In this document: in pieces, positions 55,870 through 64,000 of the stretch
Numbering within the stretch: the first letter of the stretch is position 1
How the letters are laid out: the number at the start of each line of letters is the position of its first letter
Origin: an uncultured Actinomycetes bacterium
Lineage (GTDB): Bacteria; Actinomycetota; Thermoleophilia; Gaiellales; Gaiellaceae
Assembly (NCBI GenBank): GCA_963717725.1
Contig: CAVQWS010000013.1
Location: 448 to 64,447, forward strand
DNA length: 64,000 bases
Direction of reading: 5' to 3'
Position numbers and translations under genes: made by a program
The notes under the pieces: generated by a model
What the model was told of the DNA's origin: nothing
The model's input: only the letters and a program-made list of their open reading frames with translations
Databases searched by the model: none

Positions 55870-57204
55870 GTGACCCAGACGCCACCTGCAGCGATCATCC
55901 TGGCCGCCGGCCTCGGCACGCGCATGCATTCGGCCACGCCCAAGCACCTGCACCCGCTGCTCGGACGGCGGCTCGCCGACTGGGTGATCGAGGCCGTGCG
56001 GGCGCTCGGGCCCGAGCCGCTCGTGGTCGTCACCTCGCCCGACGCGCGCGAGGCCTTCGATGGCGAGACCGTCGCCGTGCAGGAGACGCCGCGTGGCACC
56101 GGCGATGCCACCGCGGCGGCCCGCGCGAGCCTCGAAGGCTTCGACGGCGACGTGCTCGTCGTCACCGGCGATGCGGCCACAATCACGAGCGAGTTGCTGG
56201 CCGCGCTGCTCGAGACGCACCGCTCGGCCGGCTCCGCCGCGACCGTGCTCTCCTTTGAGCCGGCCGACCCGGGCGCCTACGGCCGCATCGTCCGCGACGC
56301 CGACGGCGCGCTGCAGGCGATCGTCGAGGCACGCGACGCGAGCGAGCAGGAGCTCGGGATCCGAGAGGTCAACTCCTCGATCTACGTCTTCGAGGCGGCC
56401 AAGCTCTGGCCTGCGCTCGAACACCTGACCCCGCAAAACGCCCAGGGCGAGCTCTACCTGACCGACACCGTGCGCGACCTGGTCGCGGCCGGCGAGCGCG
56501 TCGCCGTGCACATGGCCGCTGACCCGGCCGAGGCTGAGGGCGTCAACACCCGCGCCGAGCTCGCAGCGGCCGCGGCCGTGCTGCGCGACCGGATCAACCT
56601 CGGCCACATGCTGGCCGGCGCGACGATCGTCGACCCGGCGACGACCTGGATCGACCCATCCGTCGAGCTGGAGCCCGATTGCACGATCCAGCCCTTCACC
56701 GTCCTGCGCGGCGGCACGCGCGTCGCCCGCGGCGCCGACGTCGGCCCGCACGTGGTCGCCGTCGACGCGGCGATCGGCTCCGACACGCTGGTCGGCCCCT
56801 TCTGTTACCTTCGCCCCGGAACGGTCCTGGAGACGGGCGCGAAGGCAGGCGCCTTCGTGGAGATCAAGAACTCGCGCATCGGGGAACGAACGAAGGTGCC
56901 CCACCAGTCGTACATCGGAGACGCGGAGATCGGCGCGGACACGAACATCGCGGCGGGCAACATCACCGTCAACTTCCCTCATCAGCCCGGCAAGCCGAAA
57001 AGCCGGACGACGATCGGGCGCAACGTCAGGACCGGCGTCCACAATGCGTTCGTCGCGCCCGTGGAGATCGGCGACGACGCGTGGATCGGGGCGGGCTCGG
57101 TGATCACCGAGGACGTCCCGCCCGAGTCGCTCGCGGTCGGGCGGGCGCGGCAGGAGAACAAGGAAGGCTACGTGCGACGAAAGCGGGAGCAGGAGGATGA
57201 GTGA
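55870..57204 (+). CDS. glmU: Bifunctional UDP-N-acetylglucosamine diphosphorylase / glucosamine-1-phosphate N-acetyltransferase
   Basis: 'ILAAGLGTRM', and hexapeptide-repeat left-handed beta-helix in the C-terminal half. Confidence 0.93.
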   Translation: MTQTPPAAIILAAGLGTRMHSATPKHLHPLLGRRLADWVIEAVRALGPEPLVVVTSPDAREAFDGETVAVQETPRGTGDATAAARASLEGFDGDVLVVTGDAATITSELLAALLETHRSAGSAATVLSFEPADPGAYGRIVRDADGALQAIVEARDASEQELGIREVNSSIYVFEAAKLWPALEHLTPQNAQGELYLTDTVRDLVAAGERVAVHMAADPAEAEGVNTRAELAAAAAVLRDRINLGHMLAGATIVDPATTWIDPSVELEPDCTIQPFTVLRGGTRVARGADVGPHVVAVDAAIGSDTLVGPFCYLRPGTVLETGAKAGAFVEIKNSRIGERTKVPHQSYIGDAEIGADTNIAAGNITVNFPHQPGKPKSRTTIGRNVRTGVHNAFVAPVEIGDDAWIGAGSVITEDVPPESLAVGRARQENKEGYVRRKREQEDE

Positions 57205-58243
57205 GGCGACGCTGCCGGGGCTCGAGACCGTCGAGCCGGTGCTGCCGATGACCGAGCGCACGCCCTGGATCGAGCGCGGGCCGCAGAAGCGGCTGATGCT
57301 CTTCTCGGGCCGCTCGAACCCGGACCTGGCCGAGCAGATCGCCGAGAAGCTTGGCGTGCACCTCGGCGAGGTGAAGCTGAAGACGTTCGCCAACGGCGAG
57401 ACCTACGTGCGCTACCAGGACTCGATCCGCGGCGGTGACGTCTTCATCGTCCAGTCGGGCAACCAGCCGGTGAACGACCACCTGGTCGAGCTGCTGATCA
57501 TGATCCAGGCGGCGAAGCTCGCCTCGGCCAAGCGGATCACGGCCGTGATTCCCTGGTTCCCGTACTCGCGCCAGGACAAGAAGTCTGCGCCGCGAGAGCC
57601 GATCACCGCCAAGCTCGTCGCGGACGCGCTCGAGACCGCCGGCGCCGACCGCGTCGTGACGATGGACCTGCACGCGGGCCAGATCCAGGGGTTCTTCTCG
57701 ATCCCCGTCGACCACATGACCGCACTGCAGCTGTTCGCGCAGTACTACCGCGACAAGGGGCTGCAGGGCGAAGGCATCGTCGCCGTCTCGCCCGACCCGG
57801 GCCGCGCGAAGATGGCGCGCCGCTTCGGCCAGATGCTCGAGGGCGACCTCGCGATCCTGAACAAGACGCGCCCGGGCCACGACGAGGCGTCGGTCACGGA
57901 GGTGATCGGCCGGGTCGAGGGCAAGGTCGCGATCATGAGCGACGACATCGTCGTCACCGGCGGCACCCTGATCGCGGGCGCCGAGGCGCTGCTCGAGGCC
58001 GGCGCGACCGAGGTCTACGCCTGCGCCACGCACGGCCTCTTCCCCGGCAATGCCTTCGAGAAGGTCGCGGCCAGCAAGATCAAGCAGGTCACGGTGACCA
58101 ACACCGTCCCGATCGACCCGGTCAACCGGCCGGCCAAGATCGACGTGCTGCCCGTCTCGAGCCTGCTGGCGGAGACGATCCTGAACGTCTTCGCCGACGA
58201 CTCGGTCTCGGCCATCTTCGCGGGCGAGAACCAGCTCTTCTGA
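57197..58243 (+). CDS. prs: Ribose-phosphate pyrophosphokinase
   Basis: SD GGAGCAGGAGG upstream. 'DLHAGQIQGFF', 'VSPDPGRAK', PRPP loop 'DDIVVTGGTL'. Confidence 0.95.
   Translation: MSEATLPGLETVEPVLPMTERTPWIERGPQKRLMLFSGRSNPDLAEQIAEKLGVHLGEVKLKTFANGETYVRYQDSIRGGDVFIVQSGNQPVNDHLVELLIMIQAAKLASAKRITAVIPWFPYSRQDKKSAPREPITAKLVADALETAGADRVVTMDLHAGQIQGFFSIPVDHMTALQLFAQYYRDKGLQGEGIVAVSPDPGRAKMARRFGQMLEGDLAILNKTRPGHDEASVTEVIGRVEGKVAIMSDDIVVTGGTLIAGAEALLEAGATEVYACATHGLFPGNAFEKVAASKIKQVTVTNTVPIDPVNRPAKIDVLPVSSLLAETILNVFADDSVSAIFAGENQLF
58227..58243 (+). repeat. Direct repeat copy 1 (AGAACCAGCTCTTCTGA), the last 17 nt of prs including its stop
   Basis: Exact match to 60434-60450, read directly. Confidence 0.9.
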
Positions 58244-58349
58244 TCTTTCTGGCTCGGGGAGCGCGCTTGCGCGTTCCATGTACCAGATCCATGCACCGAG
58301 TCGGATCTGGCGCCCACGGCTGAACTAGGCGACGGAGCGCTCGTCGGGG

Positions 58350-58622
58350 TTGAAGCGCATACGCTCCGGCACGATGGTGAGCGTTGGCGCATCGATCGGG
58401 ATCACGATGCGCGCCAACTTCGGCATGAAGTGGTTCCAGGTCGCAGCGGCGCATCACCACACAGCGAAGGACGCGCGGGACCGCCTCGACGCTGCAGAGC
58501 GTGGAGGAAGAGACATTGGACAGGCGCTCGACGACGAGTTGCAGACCACCATGGTCGTCGTCGCGGCCGCGGCGTTCTCGATCGACGCGCTCTTCGTAAA
58601 GCTCGAAGAGCTCGCAGCGTGA
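58350..58622 (+). CDS. Hypothetical protein (90 aa from TTG; 71 aa from ATG 58407)
   Basis: Only uninterrupted frame across 58457-58622; GC3 is 73/90. 'MRANFGMKWFQVAAAHHHTAKDARDRLDAAERGG...AAAAFSIDALFVKLEELAA'. No family recognised. Confidence 0.4.
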   Translation: MKRIRSGTMVSVGASIGITMRANFGMKWFQVAAAHHHTAKDARDRLDAAERGGRDIGQALDDELQTTMVVVAAAAFSIDALFVKLEELAA

Positions 58623-58653
58623 AGCTCGGTGGCTCGAGATCGTTCTAGGTCGT

Positions 58654-60149
58654 TCAGCCTCCGACGACCCATTGCTTCGCGAGGCGGCCGAGATACGAAC
58701 GGAGGGTCTCGTCGAGATCCGCCCGGCGTGTCCCGTCCCAGACCAGCGCCTCGTCCAGGGTGCCGATCTCCACTGTGGCGGTGTCTTTGACCTCGGCCTT
58801 CCAGTGCGCGAGCTCGCGCCACGGGCCTTCGTCGTCGCGACCGAGACCCAGGGCGTGCCGCGCGCGTGAGAACAGCGACGGCTTCTCGACCGGCGCGCAG
58901 CGGAACAGCTTGAAGGTGCAGCTCGCCGAGCTCCCCTCGAACTTCGCGTCGAGGTGAATTCCGCCGCGTCCGCCGTGGCCCAGCCAACCCGACACCTGCT
59001 CCCACACCAGGGCCTCCGCGCCTGCGACCAGGGCCCCGCCTCGGCCGGCCGGTTCCTCGCGTAGGCCGCATGCGCTTCGCTCAACCGCCGGACCGCCTCT
59101 CCCGTGATCTTGAGCTCATGCCCCGTCTCGGGCTCGCGCGCGCACGTCAGCTCGAGCAGCTCCCGCAGGGCCGGCTCGAACTCGCCTTCGCGCTTGCACA
59201 TCCGCTGCCCGGTGTTGCAGTGCTCCGGCAGGTCGCCGCTGGAGGCCTTGAGCTGCCAGTCGAGCTTTTCCGCGCCCGGGACGCTGCCGCGGAGAAGGAA
59301 CCAGGCCGCCCCGGCGAGCAGGAGCAGCACGGCAACCACTGCGAAGGGCCACCACGTCGTCCCGCCGTCCGGCTCGGGCGGGGGGGACGGCAGCGCGGGG
59401 AACCTTGCCCGTTGCCTGGCGATGTTGTTCAGGACCTGCGTCTCCCCTGGAACCGGCGACACGACCGCGAACAGGTCCTGCACGTGTCCCCGGGCCGAGG
59501 ACGGCACCGGCATCACGAGGTGCAGGCGATAGTGGTGACCCGAACCAAGGGCCGGCACTCGGCGCGGTCGCGATGTGACCCCGGCCACCCGCAGGTGCGC
59601 CACCGAGGCCTGCGCCGCTCCATCGCCGATGTTCGTCACCTCGACCGTCGCTCTCGCCTTCGCGCCTTGGTGGTGACCGATGATCGCCATGCCGAGGTCG
59701 GGCTGCGTCACGCCGGGCGGCGGCGGTGGAGGCGGCTGGACCGGCGGGGGCGGCGGTGCCGGAGCCGTCTCGCCGGCCACGGTGAACGTCGTCGTCGCCG
59801 TTTGCACGTAGGTGTCGATGCTGTGCAGTTCCTTGTTGACGGCGGTGTTCTGGGCGACCACCGAGAACGTGTACGCCCCGGCCGTCACCGGGTACGTCAC
59901 CACCCCTTTTGTGGTCTTGGCGCCGCATGGTTGGGAGCTCCCCTCACCGAGCTGGCACGTGAAGTCGGCCGGCTCGTTGGCCGTATAGACGATCGTGGCC
60001 GAGTCCGAGTCGGTGAAGAGCGCCTCGATGCCGACGGAGAGATCGGGCGAAGCGAGTGCGAAACCCGCTGCGAACAGCAGCAAAGCTCCGGCTGCGGCGA
60101 GAACGTGCCTGATCAGCTTCTGCGGCTGCCTGCGGGTCGACCGCTCGAT
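58654..60149 (-). pseudogene. Two-TM surface protein (Ig-like domain, Pro-rich linker, CARDB-like domain, TM, unknown cytoplasmic domain) with a -1 frame break
   Basis: The frame of track ORF 58122..60341 is coding-like from 'IERSTRRQPQKLIRHVLAAAGALLLFAAGFALASP' to '...AAYARNRPAEAG'. Coding signal then continues in the frame of track ORF 58654..59007 ('...WEQVSGWLGHGGRGGIHLDAKFEG...LGRLAKQWVVGG*'). CARDB-like 'ATVEVTNIGDGAAQASVAHLRV'. Confidence 0.55.
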
Positions 60150-60166
60150 TTCTGCCTCCGATCGAG

Positions 60167-60346
60167 CTACGCCGCAGCTTGCTGTGCCGACAGGGTCTCG
60201 CGCCTGCCAGCATTCGTCAAGGCCGCTCGGCCGCGCGGAGACCGCCAAGTCGCGAGATTTACCTGCACCTCGCCGGGACGGCGTTCCACGACGAAGCGGC
60301 GGCGCTGGAGCGGCGGCTGCTCGGCGATAATGGTGTACCAAACCAT
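60167..60346 (-). CDS. Hypothetical 59-aa protein at the right end of the insert
   Basis: ATG 60344-60346 with GGTGG 4 nt upstream. GC3 is 45/59 versus 34/60 for the overlapping track frame. 'MVWYTIIAEQPPLQRRRFVVERRPGEVQVNLATWRSPRGRAALTNAGRRETLSAQQAAA'. One codon short of the track cutoff. Confidence 0.4.
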   Translation of the reverse strand: MVWYTIIAEQPPLQRRRFVVERRPGEVQVNLATWRSPRGRAALTNAGRRETLSAQQAAA

Positions 60347-60433
60347 GTACCCACCGAAGGGAACCTCACAGAACCTGGGAAGACCGAAGGCGTGTGAGCA
60401 AGCGCCTCGGGGAGCGCGTGGACCTGTCCTCTA

Positions 60434-60450
60434 AGAACCAGCTCTTCTGA
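60434..60450 (+). repeat. Direct repeat copy 2 (AGAACCAGCTCTTCTGA)
   Basis: Exact match to 58227-58243. It lies 23 nt upstream of the exchanger GTG. Confidence 0.9.
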
Positions 60451-60473
60451 ACAAGATCTGGCCGCTGGTCGCG

Positions 60474-61493
60474 GTGACCGCGGCCTTCACGGCCGCGGCA
60501 GGGGTCGCCCATTTCGCCGACGCGACCCCGCTGCTCACGTTCGGGCTCGCCACGGTCGCCCTCGCCGGGCTCGCGTGGATCGTCTCCTTTGCGACCGAGC
60601 GGGTTGGGCAGCACTACGGGCCGGCCGTGACCGGCGTGCTGCAGTCGACGCTCGGGAACCTGCCCGAGTTCTTCATCGTCCTGTTCGCGCTCTCGGCGGG
60701 CGAGCTCGTGGTCGCGAAGACCTCGATCCTCGGCTCGATCTTCGCCAACGCGCTGCTCGTGCTCGGGATCGTGATCGTGGCCGGCTGCCACGCAAGCGCC
60801 GATGGCGTGATGCACTTTCACACCCGCCTGCCGAAGGACAACGCGGTCCTGATGCTGCTCGCGAGCTTCCTGATCGTGCTGATCGGGCTGTCCGCGGCCA
60901 CCGAGGACAATGCCTCGCACCACATCGAGGCGATCTCGATCGTCGGCGCGGTTGCCCTGCTGCTCACCTACGGCGTCTGGTTGAACGACTATCTCCGCTC
61001 GGACATGCCGAGCATGGCCGTCGAGGGTGCCCCGCGCGTCTCGATGAGGCTCGCGTTGGCGCTCCTGGCGGTTGCGGGGGTGGGGGCGGCCTTCGTCTCC
61101 GACTGGTTCGTCACGGCGCTGACGCCGGCGATGGAGCAGATCGGGGTCTCGCAAGCGTTCGCGGGGATCGTGGTCGTCGGGATCGCCGGCAACGCGGTCG
61201 AGAACACGACCGGGATCGTGCTCGCGCTGAAGGGCGAGGCCGACCTGGCGATCTCGGTCGTCAAGAACTCCGTCGCCCAGATCACGGCCTTCCTCTTCCC
61301 GGCGCTCGTGCTCGTCTCGCTGCTGTTCTCGACCCACCTCACGTTCGACCTCGGGCCGGTCTACATCGGCGCGCTGCTGCTGACCGCGGTCGCGCTCTGG
61401 CAGATCACCGCCGACGGCGAGGCGACGAGGTTCGAGGGCGTCGCCTTGATCGCGTTCTACGTGATCGTGGCCGTGCTCGCGTTCTACGAATAA
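60474..61493 (+). CDS. Ca2+/H+ (cation/proton) exchanger, CaCA family
   Basis: The two alpha-repeat motifs 'GNLPEFFIVLFA' and 'GNAVENTTGIVLA', with 10-11 TM segments. Confidence 0.88.
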   Translation: MTAAFTAAAGVAHFADATPLLTFGLATVALAGLAWIVSFATERVGQHYGPAVTGVLQSTLGNLPEFFIVLFALSAGELVVAKTSILGSIFANALLVLGIVIVAGCHASADGVMHFHTRLPKDNAVLMLLASFLIVLIGLSAATEDNASHHIEAISIVGAVALLLTYGVWLNDYLRSDMPSMAVEGAPRVSMRLALALLAVAGVGAAFVSDWFVTALTPAMEQIGVSQAFAGIVVVGIAGNAVENTTGIVLALKGEADLAISVVKNSVAQITAFLFPALVLVSLLFSTHLTFDLGPVYIGALLLTAVALWQITADGEATRFEGVALIAFYVIVAVLAFYE

Positions 61494-61522
61494 CTTCGCC
61501 CGCGCCGGGTAAGGGGTGCGTC

Positions 61523-61699
61523 GTGCGCAGGTTCCCGCCATTGCTCGTGCTGATCTACTTCGGCATCGGTGTCGCCGTCGCCGCCGAGCGGCACTACTTC
61601 GAGCACGTGCACGGCGTGCACGGGGTCGTCGCGGCGATCCTGGCGATCCTGCTCTGGCCGCTGCTGCTGCTCGACCTGATCACGATCAAGCGCACGTAG
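61523..61699 (+). CDS. Small two-TM membrane protein (58 aa)
   Basis: GTG 61523 in the tail frame of track ORF 60575..61699. 'VRRFPPLLVLIYFGIGVAVAAERHYFEHVHGVHGVVAAILAILLWPLLLLDLITIKRT'. Confidence 0.45.
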   Translation: MRRFPPLLVLIYFGIGVAVAAERHYFEHVHGVHGVVAAILAILLWPLLLLDLITIKRT

Positions 61700-61725
61700 C
61701 TCCCAGGCGCGATAGTTGACGGGCC

Positions 61726-64000
61726 ATGGCCGAGCTTCCGACCGGCACAGTGACCCTGCTCTTCACGGACATCGAGGGCTCGACGCGCCTGCTGCGCCGG
61801 GCGGGCGACGCCTACGCCGGGCTCCTCTCTCAACATCGCTCGTTGCTGACGCAGGCGTTCCTCGCGCATCGAGGTGTGGTCGTCGACCAGGAAGGTGACG
61901 CCTTCTTCGTCGCGTTCGCCTCTGCCAAAGACGCGGTTGTCGCGGCTGCCGATGCCCAGCGTGCGCTCGTCTCGCACGACTGGGTGGACGAGAACGAAAT
62001 CCGTGTGCGGATCGGCCTGCACACCGGAGAGCCGCGCGTTGTCGAGGGACGCTACGTGGGGCTCGACGTCCACCTGGCCGCGCGCGTGATGGCGGCCGCC
62101 CACGGCGGCCAGGTGGTGGTCTCGGAGTCGACCCAGGGGCTGCTCGAGGAGGAAACGCGCCTCCGCGACCTCGGTGAGCACCGGCTGAAGGACATCGTGA
62201 CGCCGCAGCGGCTGTACCAGCTCGAGTTGGAGGGCTTGCCGAGCGAGTTCCCGCCCCTGGCGACGCTCGACAACCGGCCGACGAACCTGCCTGCGCAGCC
62301 GAACCCCTTCATCGGGCGTGAGCGCGAGCTCGCCGAGACGCGCGCGCTGCTCGAGCGGGAAGACGTCCGGCTGCTGACCCTAATCGGGCCGGGGGGCACC
62401 GGCAAGACCCGGCTCGCGCTCCAGCTCGCGTGGAACGTGCTCGAGCAGTTCCGCAACGGCGTGTTCTTCGTCTCGCTGGCGCCCATCCGGGACTGGGAGC
62501 TCGTCGTGCCCACCGTCCTGCGCACCCTCGGCCTGCGCGAGCAGCCCGGCGAGACGCCGCTCGAGACGCTGACCGATTACCTCGGCGAGAAGGAGCTGCT
62601 CCTCGTGCTCGACAATTTCGAGCACGTGTTTGCGGCTGCGCCGGCCGTGGCCGGGTTGCTCGAGGCCGCGCCGGACCTCCATGTGCTCGCCACGAGCAGG
62701 ATGCCCTTGCACCTGCAGGCCGAGCAGGCGCATCGCGTCCCGCAGCTCGCCGTGCCAGACCTGCGGCGGCCTGCGGTCGCCGAGGAGGTCGTCGACTTCG
62801 AGTCGGTTCGCCTGTTCGTCGAGCGGGCGCGCGCCGCGGCCGCCGACTTCACGCTCAGCAACGTGAACGCGGAGGCCGTGGCCGAGATCGTCGTCAGGCT
62901 CGACGGCCTGCCGCTGGCGATCGAGCTCGCGGCGCCTTGGGTGCGGACGCTCACGCCTCCCGCGCTGCTGCGCCGTCTCGACCAGCGTCTGCCCCTGCTG
63001 ACCGGCGGAGCGCAGGACGCCGATGCCCGGCAGCGGACACTCCGAGGGGCGATCGCCTGGAGTCACGACCTACTGCTGGCGAACGAGAAGGCGCTCTTCG
63101 AGCGGCTTGCCGTCTTCGTCGGGGGCTGCCGCCTCGAGGCCGCCGAGGTGGTGTGCGACTTCGACGGCAGCTTCGGCGACGAACTGCTCGACGGGCTCGA
63201 CTCACTTGTCCAAAAGAGCCTCCTGCGCCAGCGCCAGGACTCCGACGGCGAGCCGCGCTTCTGGATGCTCGAGACGATCCGCGAGTTCGCGCTCGAGCTG
63301 CTCGAGTCGTCCGGTGAGCTGGAGCACGCATGCCGGCGGCACGCGTCCTATACGGCAGACGCCGCCGAGCGCCTGGAGGCGAAGTCCCGCACCGGCGACC
63401 ACTCGACCTTCCTAACCCGAGTCGACGACGGGCTGCCGAACGTGCGGGAGGCGATCTCGTGGGCACGCGACCAGCGCGACGGCGAGCTGCTGCTGCGGCT
63501 CGCGACCGCGCTCTGGGTCTTTTGGTCATCTCGCGGCCTCGCCGCGGAAGGGCGGCGAGTCCTGGAGGACGCGCTCGAGCTGAGCGGGCGGCGACCGGCC
63601 CGCGCACTGCTCGGTCTCTGCACGCTGCGTCACCTGAGCGGGAGCAGCGAGGGCCTGCGCGAGGCGGCGCGGGAGGCGCTAGAGGCCTGTCAAGAGCTCG
63701 GCGACGACTACAGCCTCGCGCAGGCCTGGAACATGGCCGGCCGCGTCGAGGGGAGCCTGATGGGCTCGATGGGGGCCGCCGAGGAGGCGTGGCGGCAGGC
63801 TCTCACGTATGCGAGGCGGTCGAACTTCCAGGCGGAGAAGGCGGAGAGCATCTCGTGGCTCATGGTGAGCGCGGTGTTCGGGCCGCTGCCTGTCGAGCAG
63901 GGGATCGCCCGCTGCATCGAGTTCCTTGGCTCCGACGGCGGCGAACCGACGATCCGCGCCGCGTGCTCGGTCGAAAGGGCTGTGCTCGAGGCGATGCGAG
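61726..64000 (+). CDS. Class III adenylate/guanylate cyclase fused to a STAND (NB-ARC-like) P-loop NTPase and TPR-like C-terminal region; 3' end lies outside the window
   Basis: Not in the ORF track because there is no stop in the window; translated by hand. 'GTVTLLFTDIEGST', 'GDAFFVAF', 'RIGLHTGE' cyclase motifs, Walker A 'GPGGTGKTRLA', Walker B 'LLLVLDNFEH', 'LDGLPLAIELAA'. Confidence 0.85.
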   Translation, partial: MAELPTGTVTLLFTDIEGSTRLLRRAGDAYAGLLSQHRSLLTQAFLAHRGVVVDQEGDAFFVAFASAKDAVVAAADAQRALVSHDWVDENEIRVRIGLHTGEPRVVEGRYVGLDVHLAARVMAAAHGGQVVVSESTQGLLEEETRLRDLGEHRLKDIVTPQRLYQLELEGLPSEFPPLATLDNRPTNLPAQPNPFIGRERELAETRALLEREDVRLLTLIGPGGTGKTRLALQLAWNVLEQFRNGVFFVSLAPIRDWELVVPTVLRTLGLREQPGETPLETLTDYLGEKELLLVLDNFEHVFAAAPAVAGLLEAAPDLHVLATSRMPLHLQAEQAHRVPQLAVPDLRRPAVAEEVVDFESVRLFVERARAAAADFTLSNVNAEAVAEIVVRLDGLPLAIELAAPWVRTLTPPALLRRLDQRLPLLTGGAQDADARQRTLRGAIAWSHDLLLANEKALFERLAVFVGGCRLEAAEVVCDFDGSFGDELLDGLDSLVQKSLLRQRQDSDGEPRFWMLETIREFALELLESSGELEHACRRHASYTADAAERLEAKSRTGDHSTFLTRVDDGLPNVREAISWARDQRDGELLLRLATALWVFWSSRGLAAEGRRVLEDALELSGRRPARALLGLCTLRHLSGSSEGLREAAREALEACQELGDDYSLAQAWNMAGRVEGSLMGSMGAAEEAWRQALTYARRSNFQAEKAESISWLMVSAVFGPLPVEQGIARCIEFLGSDGGEPTIRAACSVERAVLEAMR

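Larger units (their letters stand above)
58244..60433. mobile_element. Putative integrated, recombinase-less element (CIME-like or decayed island) at the prs 3' end
   Basis: Bounded by the exact 17-nt direct repeat. Extra direct repeats sit on both inner and outer arms: CTCGGGGAGCGCG (58253-58265 and 60406-60418) and CCATGTACC (58276-58284 and 60343-60351). The cargo is non-housekeeping and partly frameshifted. No integrase was found. Confidence 0.5.

Noticed and set aside
58328-58453. Minus-strand stretch 'ATWNHFMPKLARIVIPIDAPTLTIVPERMRFNPDERSVA*', which reads like a real C-terminus.
   Set aside because: Its wobble positions coincide with those of the plus-strand ORF 58350..58622, so its high GC3 says nothing. 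It is only 42 codons between stops, its only start is an internal ATG (33 aa), and no continuous upstream frame exists.
58244-60433. Lower G+C as independent evidence that the prs insert is foreign.
   Set aside because: Hand counts give 65 % (58244-58343) and 62 % (60342-60433), against 67 % for the last 60 nt of prs. The difference is too small to carry weight without a proper windowed calculation.

Overview
A 64-kb high-G+C chromosomal segment. No exact G+C was computed; hand counts of a few stretches gave 62-67 %. Gene content and order look Actinomycetota-like: dnaK-grpE-dnaJ-hspR-clpB, rsmI-metG-tatD-rsmA-ispE, tRNA-Gln-glmU-prs, an ino1/CDP-alcohol-transferase inositol cluster, and an LCP protein. 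I can support about 70 protein-coding genes, 2 tRNAs (Ala-TGC, Gln-TTG), several hairpin terminators and one near-consensus promoter. I saw no rRNA, CRISPR array, transposase or integrase. All functions come from motif recognition by eye, with no database search. In this G+C range long antisense ORFs are common and I ignored most track ORFs for that reason. One real gene is absent from the track because it runs off the 3' edge (61726->64000). Points worth a second look: (1) a 2.2-kb insert at the 3' end of prs, bounded by an exact 17-nt direct repeat with symmetric arm repeats and no recombinase; (2) an inositol cassette in which Ino1 carries an in-frame tandem Arc-type RHH extension behind a perfect 8-4-8 palindrome, followed by a GT4::PHP fusion and a PAP2_3 protein; (3) a presenilin/SPP-like membrane protein with a GLPD variant motif; (4) a six-gene DUF4331-TPR-NicO-NicO-RskA-ECF cassette between arcC and argF; (5) a surface protein with eight copies of a ~95-aa module; (6) very acidic, SD-preceded micro-ORFs; (7) four to five genes broken by single-base frame changes, which may be assembly indels or real decay.
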